This document shows, piece by piece, positions 19,542-28,927 of a stretch of DNA of 64,000 bases (its first letter is position 1; the number at the start of each line of letters is the position of its first letter). The DNA comes from an uncultured Nitrososphaeraceae archaeon (lineage in GTDB: Archaea > Thermoproteota > Nitrososphaeria > Nitrososphaerales > Nitrososphaeraceae): the NCBI GenBank assembly GCA_963779615.1, contig CAVZZA010000005.1, positions 256,001 through 320,000 of the forward strand, written 5' to 3'. Made by a program: the position numbers and the translations under genes. The notes beneath the pieces are model-generated. The model searched no databases. It was not told where the DNA came from and was given only the letters and a program-made list of their open reading frames with translations.

Positions 19542-20414
19542 TTATTTTTTGTTGTTATTTGCAATATAGTCGATAATTAACTTTGATATATCAATACCAG
19601 TTGCTAAGCTTGCCCCCCTAAATTCCACGGTGTTGTTTACTTCATGAACCAATAGACCATTCTGATTATCCTCCATCATATCAATCCCCAAGACACCAAC
19701 ACCAACAGCTTTAGCAGCCTTAATGGCAATGTCCTCCAATTCCGGCGTTATTTTTATCATTTCTGCTTTTCCCCCTCTTGAAACATTAGTTCGCCATTCA
19801 TCGCCAGATGAATACCGATAAATAGCTGCCACAACCTGCTCTCCTACAACTATACACCTAATATCCCGGGGTGGCCTCTTTATCAAATCTTGAAAATAAT
19901 ATATGTTTGAAAAGGGACTAGAACTCTCCAGCCTCATCTCAACAATCATTTTACCCACTTCCTTATTCCTAACAGGAAAGACACCCCTGCCCCAAGAGCC
20001 AATTACAGGTTTAAAAACCAAAGGGTATTTTTCTAGATCTTGTTCATTAATGATGTTAAAAGCTGACTCAGAATTAAACGAGAAAAAAGATTTAGGGGTG
20101 GGGATGTTATTTTTTTTTAAAATCATTGAAGTTAATAATTTGTTTCCACAGATTTCCCCAGTTTTAGAATTATTGATTACGTCATAGCCAAGCAATTCTA
20201 AACAAATTGTTAAAAATTGACCTCGAACATAACTGATACTCCTCTGTAAAAGTACATCACCATAATTCAATTCATTAGAGGTCAAATATTCTGTGTTTAA
20301 AATAACATTTTTAGAATCAATCAGGCTGGTCTCTATTCCGATTTTTATAGCTGTTTCATAAAGTGATTTTTCTTCGAAACGCAATTTATCAAAAAAAATG
20401 CCTAGTTTAACCAT
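19542..20414 (-). CDS. argX: Second LysX/ArgX ATP-grasp ligase (probably glutamate--LysW ligase)
   Basis: RFEEK, QRSIS, KPVIGSWGRG, RDIR, WRTNV, HEVNNTVEF; directly after argG. Confidence 0.82.
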   Translation of the reverse strand: MVKLGIFFDKLRFEEKSLYETAIKIGIETSLIDSKNVILNTEYLTSNELNYGDVLLQRSISYVRGQFLTICLELLGYDVINNSKTGEICGNKLLTSMILKKNNIPTPKSFFSFNSESAFNIINEQDLEKYPLVFKPVIGSWGRGVFPVRNKEVGKMIVEMRLESSSPFSNIYYFQDLIKRPPRDIRCIVVGEQVVAAIYRYSSGDEWRTNVSRGGKAEMIKITPELEDIAIKAAKAVGVGVLGIDMMEDNQNGLLVHEVNNTVEFRGASLATGIDISKLIIDYIANNNKK

Positions 20415-20416
20415 TT

Positions 20417-21622
20417 TTAAGCAATGTTATCTGAAATTTTTGAATTAGCTGTAATTGATTGCATACCCCACAATTCTACAAATCCTTTTGCTATAGTTTG
20501 ATCAAATGATGAATTTGATAAATAGGTTGCAGTATCATTATTGTACAATGAAAACTTTGATTCTCTCCCTATTACCCTGTAATATCCATTATGCATTTTA
20601 ATCTTTATTTTTCCCGTTACTCGTTCTTGAGTTTTTTCTACAAATTGATTTAAATCTGAAAGTAACGGATCTAACCACAACCCGGAATACGCTAGCCAAG
20701 ACCACTGTTCTTCAACAACCGCTTTGAACCGAAGTTCATGACTTGTTAATGCTAGCTTTTCAAGATCTTTATGGGCACATATAATAATTAAAGCAGCAGG
20801 CGCCTCATAAACCTCCCTCGATTTTATTCCTATGACCCTATCCTCAATATGATCAATAATGCCTATCCCAAATGAACCAGCTATTTCATTTAATTTATTT
20901 ATCAAAGAAGGCAATTTTTCAACTTTACCATTTATTGATATTGGAACACCCTTTTCAAAACCTAACTCGATACTACCAACAGAATAATTATTGAATTTTA
21001 CGTATTCAAAGGCATCCTCCAATGGTTCATTTCCAAGATCCTCAAGCGTGCCGCCCTCGATTGACCTACCCCATATGTTTTTATCAATACTGTATTTTTT
21101 TGCTATCTCACTTACTTGAATACCATTCTCTTTGGCATAATCTATTTCTTTATCCCTCGTAAGGTTTAAATCGCGGATAGGCGCTATAATCCCTAAATTA
21201 GGATTTAAAGATTTAATGGTTATGTCAAACCGAACCTGATCGTTACCCTTTCCCGTACAGCCATGTGCAACCGACGTGGCGTCATATTTGTTAGCTATTT
21301 CTACCAGTTTCTTTGCTATCAATGGACGGGCGATAGCTGTAGCGAGCGGATAACTCTGCTGATAAAGAGCATTTGATTTTATTGCAGGAGTAACATATTC
21401 GTTAACAAATTCTTCTTTAGCATCAACATAGACGTGATCGATAGAACCTAACTCCGATGAGGTTTTTTGAATTTCTCCAAAATCGTCATCTTGCCCTACA
21501 TCCACGATTAATGTAATTACTTCCAAATTATGGAGTTTCTGTAAATATTTTACGCAAACAGAGGTATCCAATCCTCCCGAAAACGCAAGAACAACTTTAT
21601 TCATAGCAGGCGAGCGTAGCAT
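20417..21622 (-). CDS. argG: Argininosuccinate synthase
   Basis: LAFSGGLDTS, HGCTGKGNDQVRF, SIDKNIWGRS, GIKSREVYEAP. Start may be 21604. Confidence 0.97.
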   Translation of the reverse strand: MLRSPAMNKVVLAFSGGLDTSVCVKYLQKLHNLEVITLIVDVGQDDDFGEIQKTSSELGSIDHVYVDAKEEFVNEYVTPAIKSNALYQQSYPLATAIARPLIAKKLVEIANKYDATSVAHGCTGKGNDQVRFDITIKSLNPNLGIIAPIRDLNLTRDKEIDYAKENGIQVSEIAKKYSIDKNIWGRSIEGGTLEDLGNEPLEDAFEYVKFNNYSVGSIELGFEKGVPISINGKVEKLPSLINKLNEIAGSFGIGIIDHIEDRVIGIKSREVYEAPAALIIICAHKDLEKLALTSHELRFKAVVEEQWSWLAYSGLWLDPLLSDLNQFVEKTQERVTGKIKIKMHNGYYRVIGRESKFSLYNNDTATYLSNSSFDQTIAKGFVELWGMQSITANSKISDNIA

Positions 21623-21708
21623 AACAAATAATTTATTTCTTTGTATAACAGTTACATATAGACGTATAAATAGGAAAAGAATTTACTCATGGAATAAATA
21701 AGGTAAAA

Positions 21709-21966
21709 CTAAACACCGATTTCTTTAGCCAATCTTATTATTTTCTTGCCTTCTTTGGTCAATTTATTGTATGTTTTATTTTTGACATTACTTCTTTCAA
21801 CCAGTCCCCTATCTTCGGCTTTAATTAATAACTTATGCCCATATCCATATGCACCAAGTTTTTTCAAAAGGTCTCTAGTTGAGTATTCTTTCTCTCCAAT
21901 AGTTTTGATTAATTTTACCAAAGCTCGTTCTTCTATCATTATTTTGATTAGGTTTGCGTCACGCAT
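21709..21966 (-). CDS. Small basic winged-helix-like protein
   Basis: 85 aa; ...AEDRGLVER...YNKLTKEGK wing pattern. Confidence 0.6.
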   Translation of the reverse strand: MRDANLIKIMIEERALVKLIKTIGEKEYSTRDLLKKLGAYGYGHKLLIKAEDRGLVERSNVKNKTYNKLTKEGKKIIRLAKEIGV

Positions 21967-22211
21967 AACAGTAAAGAAAAAATAATGGTTATTTATTGGT
22001 TACTTTTTTTGGCAACAAGAACCACAAACAACAACGAAAAAACATTGATATTTTAATTAAAGTAATAGTAACAATAAAATTTTTTCACAGCATCCAGCAT
22101 ACAGGAAGCGATTGCGCATGTCAATCGAAACTTCCCAACCTACATAGTATATACAGGCATAATTGATCAATTTCTGCATTCACAAAATTTTTAAAGAACA
22201 TAAAAGGCAAC

Positions 22212-23300
22212 TTGTTTATGAAGATCACAGTTTCAGCAATAAAAGCAGATATTGGAGGAATAGGAGGTCATACAAGACCTAGTGATGAGTTGGTTCAGAC
22301 CGTCAAAGATTACGTATTAAAAAATGGAAAAGGAATTCTTATTGACAAATATATTGGATATACAGGGGACGACATTCACATTATAATGAGCCACACGTTA
22401 GGTGTGGACAACAAAGAGATTCATAAACTTGCTTGGGATGCCTTTACGGAAGGCACCAAGGTTGCAAAAGAACAAGGGCTTTATGGGGCTGGTCAAGATC
22501 TACTCAAAGATTCATTTTCTGGAAACGTAAAAGGAATGGGACCAGGAATTGCTGAAATTGAAATGGAAGAAAGGCCTAGCGAAGTTTTTTGTGTCTTTGC
22601 AGCAGATAAAACAGAACCAGGAGCATACAATTTTCCTTTCTGGAGAATGTTTGTTGATTCAAGAAGCAATACGGGTCTAATAATTAATGAGGAATTAGCA
22701 AAGGGAACAATATTTAGAATCATGGATGTAATGACAGGGAAAATTGCTGACTTAAAACTATGGGCCGATAAACCCGAACTAGAAGCTGCTTTGATGTATC
22801 CTGGAAGATATGTGGTACACTCAGTTTATTCACACAACAGAGAACAAATAGTTTCTTCGTCAACAGACAGATTGCATAACATTGCGGGAACTTATGTAGG
22901 CAAGGACGATCCAATAACTATCGTCAGGACTCAAAAAAATTTCCCCGCTACCGAAGAAGCTGGAAGCGCTTTCAATGATCCCCATATTGTAGCGGGAAAT
23001 ACAAGAGGCAGTCACCACATGCCCCTAATGCCCATAAAGCTAAACTCAGCAGCAAGTTTAAACTATTCAATTCCAATAGTGTCCTGCTTACTGTTTAGTA
23101 TGCATAATGGAAAGTTTACAGGACCCCATGATGGCTTTAGTACCTCAGACTGGGACTACCAGAGAATGGAGGCTGTCAAAAGAGCCATTGTGATGAGAGT
23201 GCAGGGATTTATCCATCCAGCAACCTTAATTCCAGAGGAGTTGGAATATAATAAAGGATACGAGGCCAGAATTTCAAAATTAAATGAAAAATTCAAGTAA
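22212..23300 (+). CDS. fbp: Fructose-1,6-bisphosphate aldolase/phosphatase
   Basis: SAIKADIGG..GH, GDD, GLYGAGQDLLKDSFSGNVKGMGPG, DKTEPGA, GKDDP, ELEY. Confidence 0.96.
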   Translation: MFMKITVSAIKADIGGIGGHTRPSDELVQTVKDYVLKNGKGILIDKYIGYTGDDIHIIMSHTLGVDNKEIHKLAWDAFTEGTKVAKEQGLYGAGQDLLKDSFSGNVKGMGPGIAEIEMEERPSEVFCVFAADKTEPGAYNFPFWRMFVDSRSNTGLIINEELAKGTIFRIMDVMTGKIADLKLWADKPELEAALMYPGRYVVHSVYSHNREQIVSSSTDRLHNIAGTYVGKDDPITIVRTQKNFPATEEAGSAFNDPHIVAGNTRGSHHMPLMPIKLNSAASLNYSIPIVSCLLFSMHNGKFTGPHDGFSTSDWDYQRMEAVKRAIVMRVQGFIHPATLIPEELEYNKGYEARISKLNEKFK

Positions 23301-23312
23301 GAGTTTTGCCTT

Positions 23313-23993
23313 ATGGATTCATTTAAAAGAAATGGCCCATTTATCATCAACCTAAAGAACTATCTAGAAACAGCAGGAGACAACACACTGAGAATTGTAA
23401 AGGATGCAGAGCGGGTCAGTGAAAAGGTAGATGTTGAGATAATTATTTCTCCTCCCCAACCTTCTTTGGCATTAATAGCTAAACATACTAAACTTAAGGT
23501 TATTTCCCAACACATCGATCTGAAAAAACACGGAGCTACGACAGGATATTATGTACCCGAAATAATAGAAAAGGTAGGGGCCACAGGTTCTTTGATCAAT
23601 CACAGCGAGCACGGTATAGGAATTGAGGAGATAAAACAATTGATAGAAAAACTAAAGGAGATAAACCTTTTATCTTTTGTTTGTGTTAAGACACTAGAAG
23701 AACTAAAGGAGATTTTAAGGTTTGAGCCTGATTTTATTGCAATCGAACCACCAGAATTGATTGGAACTCAAAAATCAATTTCATCCGAAAAGCCTTTTTT
23801 GATCCAAAAAAGCAGTGAGCTGATAAGACAAGAAAACAACGGATCAAAATTAATCTGCGGCGCGGGAATAACTAAAAGTGAAGACATAAAAATAGCAGTA
23901 GAGAATGGTGCACAAGGAATACTTGTTTCTAGCAGCATTACCCGAGCAAATAACTGGTATGACAAAATCTTTGAATTAGCATCAGCACTCTAA
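23313..23993 (+). CDS. tpiA: Triosephosphate isomerase (archaeal type)
   Basis: INLKNY, QH.D, GSLINHSE, IEPPELIG, CGAGI. Confidence 0.95.
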   Translation: MDSFKRNGPFIINLKNYLETAGDNTLRIVKDAERVSEKVDVEIIISPPQPSLALIAKHTKLKVISQHIDLKKHGATTGYYVPEIIEKVGATGSLINHSEHGIGIEEIKQLIEKLKEINLLSFVCVKTLEELKEILRFEPDFIAIEPPELIGTQKSISSEKPFLIQKSSELIRQENNGSKLICGAGITKSEDIKIAVENGAQGILVSSSITRANNWYDKIFELASAL

Positions 23994-24072
23994 CTAATAA
24001 AATGTGAATACATTTTAATTATGCTCTAAATCTTTTTTATCCAAGGTATTTTTCTAATTACATAATTCCACA

Positions 24073-24972
24073 ATGTCCAAAAGGTATAACCTAGCCGATA
24101 TTCAAAAAGAGGTGATAAAACTACTCCAGGATAACAACCCAATGTCAAGTACAGAAATTTCAAAAAACATAGGAACGAACAGAATCACCATTTCAAAATA
24201 CTTGGATATTTTGTATTTCCAAAAAATCATCAATAAAAAGAAAATTGGATCGGTTAATTTCTGGTTTCTTGAGCCAGGAATAATAAATTTTGATTTAAAG
24301 GACGAGAACTATATTGATTTACAACAAAAATTGATAATGTCTCTGATTAGCGGGGAAAAAGAAATTTCAGAAAATATCATACTAAGCATAATCAATAAAA
24401 AAATCAATTTGAGGAAAATTCTTACAGACATCTGTTTCCCGGTGTTAAATACACTTTTTGAACTCCACCTAAGAGGAAAAATAGGAAAAACGGAAAAAAT
24501 ACATTTGACAACAAATCTGATAGAATCCATAAACTTATTGAAAAATTGTGTTGCAACGAATGAAAACAGAACAAAGAGATATTCTTTACTTGTTATTGTT
24601 TCAGGAGATGATGATTCAATACCAATATGCAATATGATAAACATCTATGCAAAAAAGGTTGGAATAAATTCTGCAATAATCGGAAACATAGAGAAGTATA
24701 TAGACCCTTTTTTTGATATTGATTTTCAAAGATATATAAATAAACTTCATAGTAAAAATAAAGAAAAAATCTATGTATGCATAATATCATACAATGAGAT
24801 GTCAATAAAGTTTCTACTCTCAACATTAAATGAAACCCGATTTAAAGAAAAAGTAAAGACAATTATCTTTTCAAGCAAAAACTTAAAAGAAAAATTTGAG
24901 AACAAGTTTGGAGAAAATATTATAATTGATTTAGAAACGTTGATTGAGACGATAGAGAAAGAAGTGAAATAG
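24073..24972 (+). CDS. wHTH regulator with cobalamin-binding-like (helical cap plus Rossmann) C-terminal part
   Basis: MSSTEISKNIGTNRITISKYL HTH, then a helical cap region and an alpha/beta domain. No canonical D/ExHxxG His ligand motif is visible. Confidence 0.6.
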   Translation: MSKRYNLADIQKEVIKLLQDNNPMSSTEISKNIGTNRITISKYLDILYFQKIINKKKIGSVNFWFLEPGIINFDLKDENYIDLQQKLIMSLISGEKEISENIILSIINKKINLRKILTDICFPVLNTLFELHLRGKIGKTEKIHLTTNLIESINLLKNCVATNENRTKRYSLLVIVSGDDDSIPICNMINIYAKKVGINSAIIGNIEKYIDPFFDIDFQRYINKLHSKNKEKIYVCIISYNEMSIKFLLSTLNETRFKEKVKTIIFSSKNLKEKFENKFGENIIIDLETLIETIEKEVK

Positions 24973-24986
24973 ACAGTAAAGGAAAT

Positions 24987-26711
24987 TTATGCATACTGTG
25001 CTTTTATTTTCTCGATAACTCTCTCATGTTCGGGGCTCTTTCTTCTAGCGTATTTCTCCATTGCATTTAAAGGAACACCACCCAATGTCCTTGCCAAGGT
25101 AGCAAAGAAGAATTTTTTTATTGGATCGTTTTGCCCTACCTTGTGCATAAATTTATGAATGGCGTATTTAAAATTGTGTTGCCATGTTTTATACATTACA
25201 CCTAGTTTTGCCGGGTCCATAGTATTACCAATGTCAAAAAAGTCAGATTTTTCAAGCAAGCCAATTGGAACAAAGGTTAATGGGGTAACAGTAAATTTTG
25301 AATCAGGCTGTTCTTTCTCTAATTGATGGATTAGTTGAATTGTTTCCCAACTATCATCAGCATTTTCATCATTGTCCAATCCCATAATAAGCGTAAAAGC
25401 AGGAACCCAATAATGCTCATTGAGAGTTTTTACGCCTTCCTTCACCACCCAATGCCACTCTGAAGGTTTGAATGGAGCTAATTTTCGATCAGCGTACTTT
25501 CCGATTAGTCGGGTGCTTCCAGTTTCTAGACCACACTGAACACCAATATGATTTCCGGGTCCGGACTTTATTATCTTGGAAATACTAGGGATTAGTTTTT
25601 CATCTGCAATAGCACCGGCAAGGGTTCCATGAGTAGGATTTGTATGCTCAACACCTGTTTCCATAATCCCTTTGAATAGTTCCTCAAGGGCCTCTCTATT
25701 TGGTTGCATATTTTTGGTTGTTCGAGGATTTAAGCCGTAAACAAAAATATCATCACTTTGGATCCAAGCATTTTTTAAGCCACCATATTTCATATTAACT
25801 TCTATTTCTTTTTTGACTTTTTCAACAGGATAATATCTTAATGGCCTCAACGTGACATCACAGAATTTGCAACCTCTGCCGCATCCCCTCATCACCTCAA
25901 TCATCCCATGCATACTTGGATTAACAATATTAGGTATTTCATCTATTACCGGTTCATCAGAATAATGGATAAATCGTCCATGATATTTCCGCCCATTTCT
26001 ATCAAATTCTTTGACCTCAACTCTGAATTTTGACTTTTTAAAGGGATTTGCAGTTTCCAACTCATTATTTATTACAGCGTCAAAAAACAATCTTCCTGCC
26101 CCATCTATTTCTGGTCCAATTCCGCCAAGATCACCTTCCAATATAGCATATAATCCATACTCCTCGATTTTTGCAGGATCATAATTATATTGCCACGTAC
26201 CTGAAGCCCCAACAACTACTTTTGCTTTACTCCCGTTCTTTTGCTTTGCTGCATTAATTTTATGGTGTAAATCCCTATTGTAAAATTCATCATAGGACAT
26301 TTGTTTCCTTCCATAGGTAAATGTCATTGTGACAGGCCCCATACCCAATGGATCCATTTCATAGGTTCCCACAAATTCTGTTTCCGGACCTATAAATTTG
26401 TCCACATAGTCCGGATGAGCTACCACTACATCTTCTTTCAGGTACCCATCTCTTAACAAAGCAGCTTCAATCTTTCTTAATCCATAAGGAGCGTAACTTG
26501 CTATACCATTTTCATGACCAATAGGATTACATATAAAATCAAAGAGTAATTTAGGGGTTACCTGATTACCTAAAATTTTATACCAAAAGGAATCATGACT
26601 GCGGTTTGCATCCAGCGCTGGAGCACAGCCAAAAAAGGATGCCAGTGAGATTCCTCTATAAGGAGACATTAAAGTTCTATCAGCAGTAAGAACAACTTTT
26701 GGGTGTTTCAT
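24987..26711 (-). CDS. Radical SAM protein with N-terminal B12-binding-like domain; probable GDGT ring synthase (Grs family)
   Basis: CGRGCKFC (CxxxCxxC), VLTADRTLMS, APYGLRKIEAAL, DPLGMGP, GLETGS. The Grs assignment rests on remembered family features. Confidence 0.75.
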   Translation of the reverse strand: MKHPKVVLTADRTLMSPYRGISLASFFGCAPALDANRSHDSFWYKILGNQVTPKLLFDFICNPIGHENGIASYAPYGLRKIEAALLRDGYLKEDVVVAHPDYVDKFIGPETEFVGTYEMDPLGMGPVTMTFTYGRKQMSYDEFYNRDLHHKINAAKQKNGSKAKVVVGASGTWQYNYDPAKIEEYGLYAILEGDLGGIGPEIDGAGRLFFDAVINNELETANPFKKSKFRVEVKEFDRNGRKYHGRFIHYSDEPVIDEIPNIVNPSMHGMIEVMRGCGRGCKFCDVTLRPLRYYPVEKVKKEIEVNMKYGGLKNAWIQSDDIFVYGLNPRTTKNMQPNREALEELFKGIMETGVEHTNPTHGTLAGAIADEKLIPSISKIIKSGPGNHIGVQCGLETGSTRLIGKYADRKLAPFKPSEWHWVVKEGVKTLNEHYWVPAFTLIMGLDNDENADDSWETIQLIHQLEKEQPDSKFTVTPLTFVPIGLLEKSDFFDIGNTMDPAKLGVMYKTWQHNFKYAIHKFMHKVGQNDPIKKFFFATLARTLGGVPLNAMEKYARRKSPEHERVIEKIKAQYA

Positions 26712-26823
26712 ATTAATCGTGATCTTAGTTTGTAGGAATCAAAAAAGATAATTAAAGGTTTCCTATTTTAAAGAATTTTCATTCCTTGAAATAAGGTAAT
26801 AAAGCGGAATTAAAAGTAATTGA

Positions 26824-26991
26824 TTATTTTTTTGCACCCAGTGTTCTATTCTTTAAACGCATTTGATTTCCATGACACTTTCTGCATCTTTCTGCTCCAA
26901 TAGGGTTTTTTGCTCCACATTTAAAACAAATCTTAAAGAAAAGTCGTCGCTGCTGAGCTATTTGTTTTTTTATTACATCGGTTATAGGCAT
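26824..26991 (-). CDS. rpl40e: 50S ribosomal protein L40e (not in ORF track)
   Basis: Manual translation MPITDVIKKQIAQQRRLFFKICFKCGAKNPIGAERCRKCHGNQMRLKNRTLGAKK*. Confidence 0.95.
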   Translation of the reverse strand: MPITDVIKKQIAQQRRLFFKICFKCGAKNPIGAERCRKCHGNQMRLKNRTLGAKK

Positions 26992-27102
26992 ATACATTTT
27001 TTTCCATTACCTACACATTTTTATCTTTCTATTTAGACCCATGAAATGGATTTGCTTCAATAGAAATTTTTTTAAGCATCAATATCTAGGTTTTATCAAG
27101 CA

Positions 27103-27408
27103 ATGACAGATTTTTTTGAAATTGACAGGCTTATTGAGGATTTAGCAAAGCTGTACTCAACACAATTAGCTGTTTCTTGGTTTAAGGTAAATAAAAACAA
27201 AAACCCAACCAAAGAAGAGTTCAGGAAACTGGTAGTAGATTTCATGAAAGATTTTGAAAACACTTTATCAAAATTTTCAGATACCGATGAAGGCACTAAA
27301 TTTAAAGATTATACTAAAAGTCAATTAGGAAAACAAATTCAGTTTGTAATAGATGGGAAAAATAAAGAAGTTGAAAAGCGTTATAAATACTATGCTGAAT
27401 ACAATTAA
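27103..27408 (+). CDS. Hypothetical protein
   Basis: 101-aa ORF with typical codon usage, divergent from rpl40e. Confidence 0.7.
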   Translation: MTDFFEIDRLIEDLAKLYSTQLAVSWFKVNKNKNPTKEEFRKLVVDFMKDFENTLSKFSDTDEGTKFKDYTKSQLGKQIQFVIDGKNKEVEKRYKYYAEYN

Positions 27409-28064
27409 GGCGTTAATTAACATAGTTCAATGGAATCCCTAAAGTCAATAAAAAAGATATGTTTTCTTTCATGTTTCCTATAAGCGGCATATACGAGACA
27501 AGAAATAGAATCACTGTGAACTGTTAAGAGAAAATCTTTGGATCTTTAGGAAGTTAAATCCAAAATACAGATCAGATAGAATTTTTTGAATTAATATAAA
27601 AAATATTATAGCTAGCAGGCAATAAACTCAAACAGTGGCTGACAGCAGACCATTGATTTTGGCATTCTGAGTCAGGGGGACAATGAAAAATTCTTTATTG
27701 CAAAAAAAATAGCAGAAAAGGATCAAACGGGATAAAGTTTGTGACAGAACGTTTTCTATGACTTGTTGCGAAACAATGGAGAAGGGCATCCTAACCATAC
27801 GGATGATGCGTGCCAGGTCACTAAAAGTCTGCAAGTTTTCAAGGACAGAGACAGAGACAGAGACAAGGCATATTATCCATCAACCCTTTTTGGAGAAAAA
27901 ACAATTGAGAAGAATAATGCGTAATGAACTAATACATCAATTAAGATGGTTCTAAAATGTTTTAACTGATATTTTCCTGCCGAAAAAATCGCAAATTGAA
28001 ACATGTATAGCAATGGTTGAGCTGATTGCATACATCCATAACGAAGATTAATGTTAACCTAGCC
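27409..28064 (+). mobile_element. Heavily degraded IS6-family element
   Basis: Frame-broken fragments KYRSDRIF, FVTERFL, KCFN*YFP and CRKNRKLKHV*QWL resemble archaeal IS6 transposases. Ends GGCGTTAATTAACAT and ATGTTAACCTAGCC form imperfect inverted repeats. Confidence 0.55.
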
Positions 28065-28121
28065 TTAAATTTGAGGGAAACATTTTAAATATATTGTTTT
28101 TAATAATATCATTGAAAGACA

Positions 28122-28424
28122 GTGATAGATAATAACAAGCAATTTTTATCACAGCAATTATTGTGGATAGGAATATCTTTAGGAATAAGTTTGACAATTT
28201 CTTTCTTGATACCTTTCCCTTACTCATTACCAATAATAATAATTGTTTTTATTATGCTGAGTTATTACATACGAAATAGGGCTATGAAAAAAATGGGGAT
28301 GACAGGTTCAGTTTTTGGTGCGTCGGGAAGCTCTATTAGCTATTATTGCATGAGTTGTGGAACTAAGCACGATCAATCATCATGTCCAAGGTGTGGCTCT
28401 AAAATGAAAAGAGTAGGCTCTTAA
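28122..28424 (+). CDS. Small 2-TM protein with C-terminal zinc ribbon
   Basis: Two hydrophobic helices, then CMSCG...CPRCGS. Confidence 0.8.
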   Translation: MIDNNKQFLSQQLLWIGISLGISLTISFLIPFPYSLPIIIIVFIMLSYYIRNRAMKKMGMTGSVFGASGSSISYYCMSCGTKHDQSSCPRCGSKMKRVGS

Positions 28425-28438
28425 TCAATCACCAACTA

Positions 28439-28834
28439 ATGAATCGAGAAAATAAATACAACGCATTAAGAGATTTAGACGACTTTATACTTTCATTGAA
28501 TGAGGAGTCGAACCGAAATTCCATAGTTATCGTTGAGGGTAAAAAAGATGTAGACGCCCTATTTTTTTTAGGATATAATGGAAATATCAAAGCTTATCAC
28601 CATTTTAGAGGCACCACCCATTTTCTGGATTATTTTTCCTATAAAAACAGGAAGATAATATTGCTTTTGGATTCAGACAGAAAGGGCAGCAATATAACTA
28701 AAAAAATATTATTACAATCAAATGGAAAATTTATAGATCTGGATTATAAAAAAAAATTGCTTAAAATAACTAGGGGAAGAATAAAAAAAATAGAAGAAAT
28801 AAAGTCGTTTTATAAATCATTATCAGAGAAATAA
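28439..28834 (+). CDS. Stand-alone Toprim domain protein
   Basis: IVIVEGKKD..AL and LLDSDRKG motifs. Confidence 0.88.
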   Translation: MNRENKYNALRDLDDFILSLNEESNRNSIVIVEGKKDVDALFFLGYNGNIKAYHHFRGTTHFLDYFSYKNRKIILLLDSDRKGSNITKKILLQSNGKFIDLDYKKKLLKITRGRIKKIEEIKSFYKSLSEK

Positions 28835-28927
28835 AAAACAGATTCATGTTACAATCTAACAATAAAAATAAAAGATTATGCCCACGGATAAAAATAAATG
28901 GCTCATTACCCATAAATAAAAAGATTA

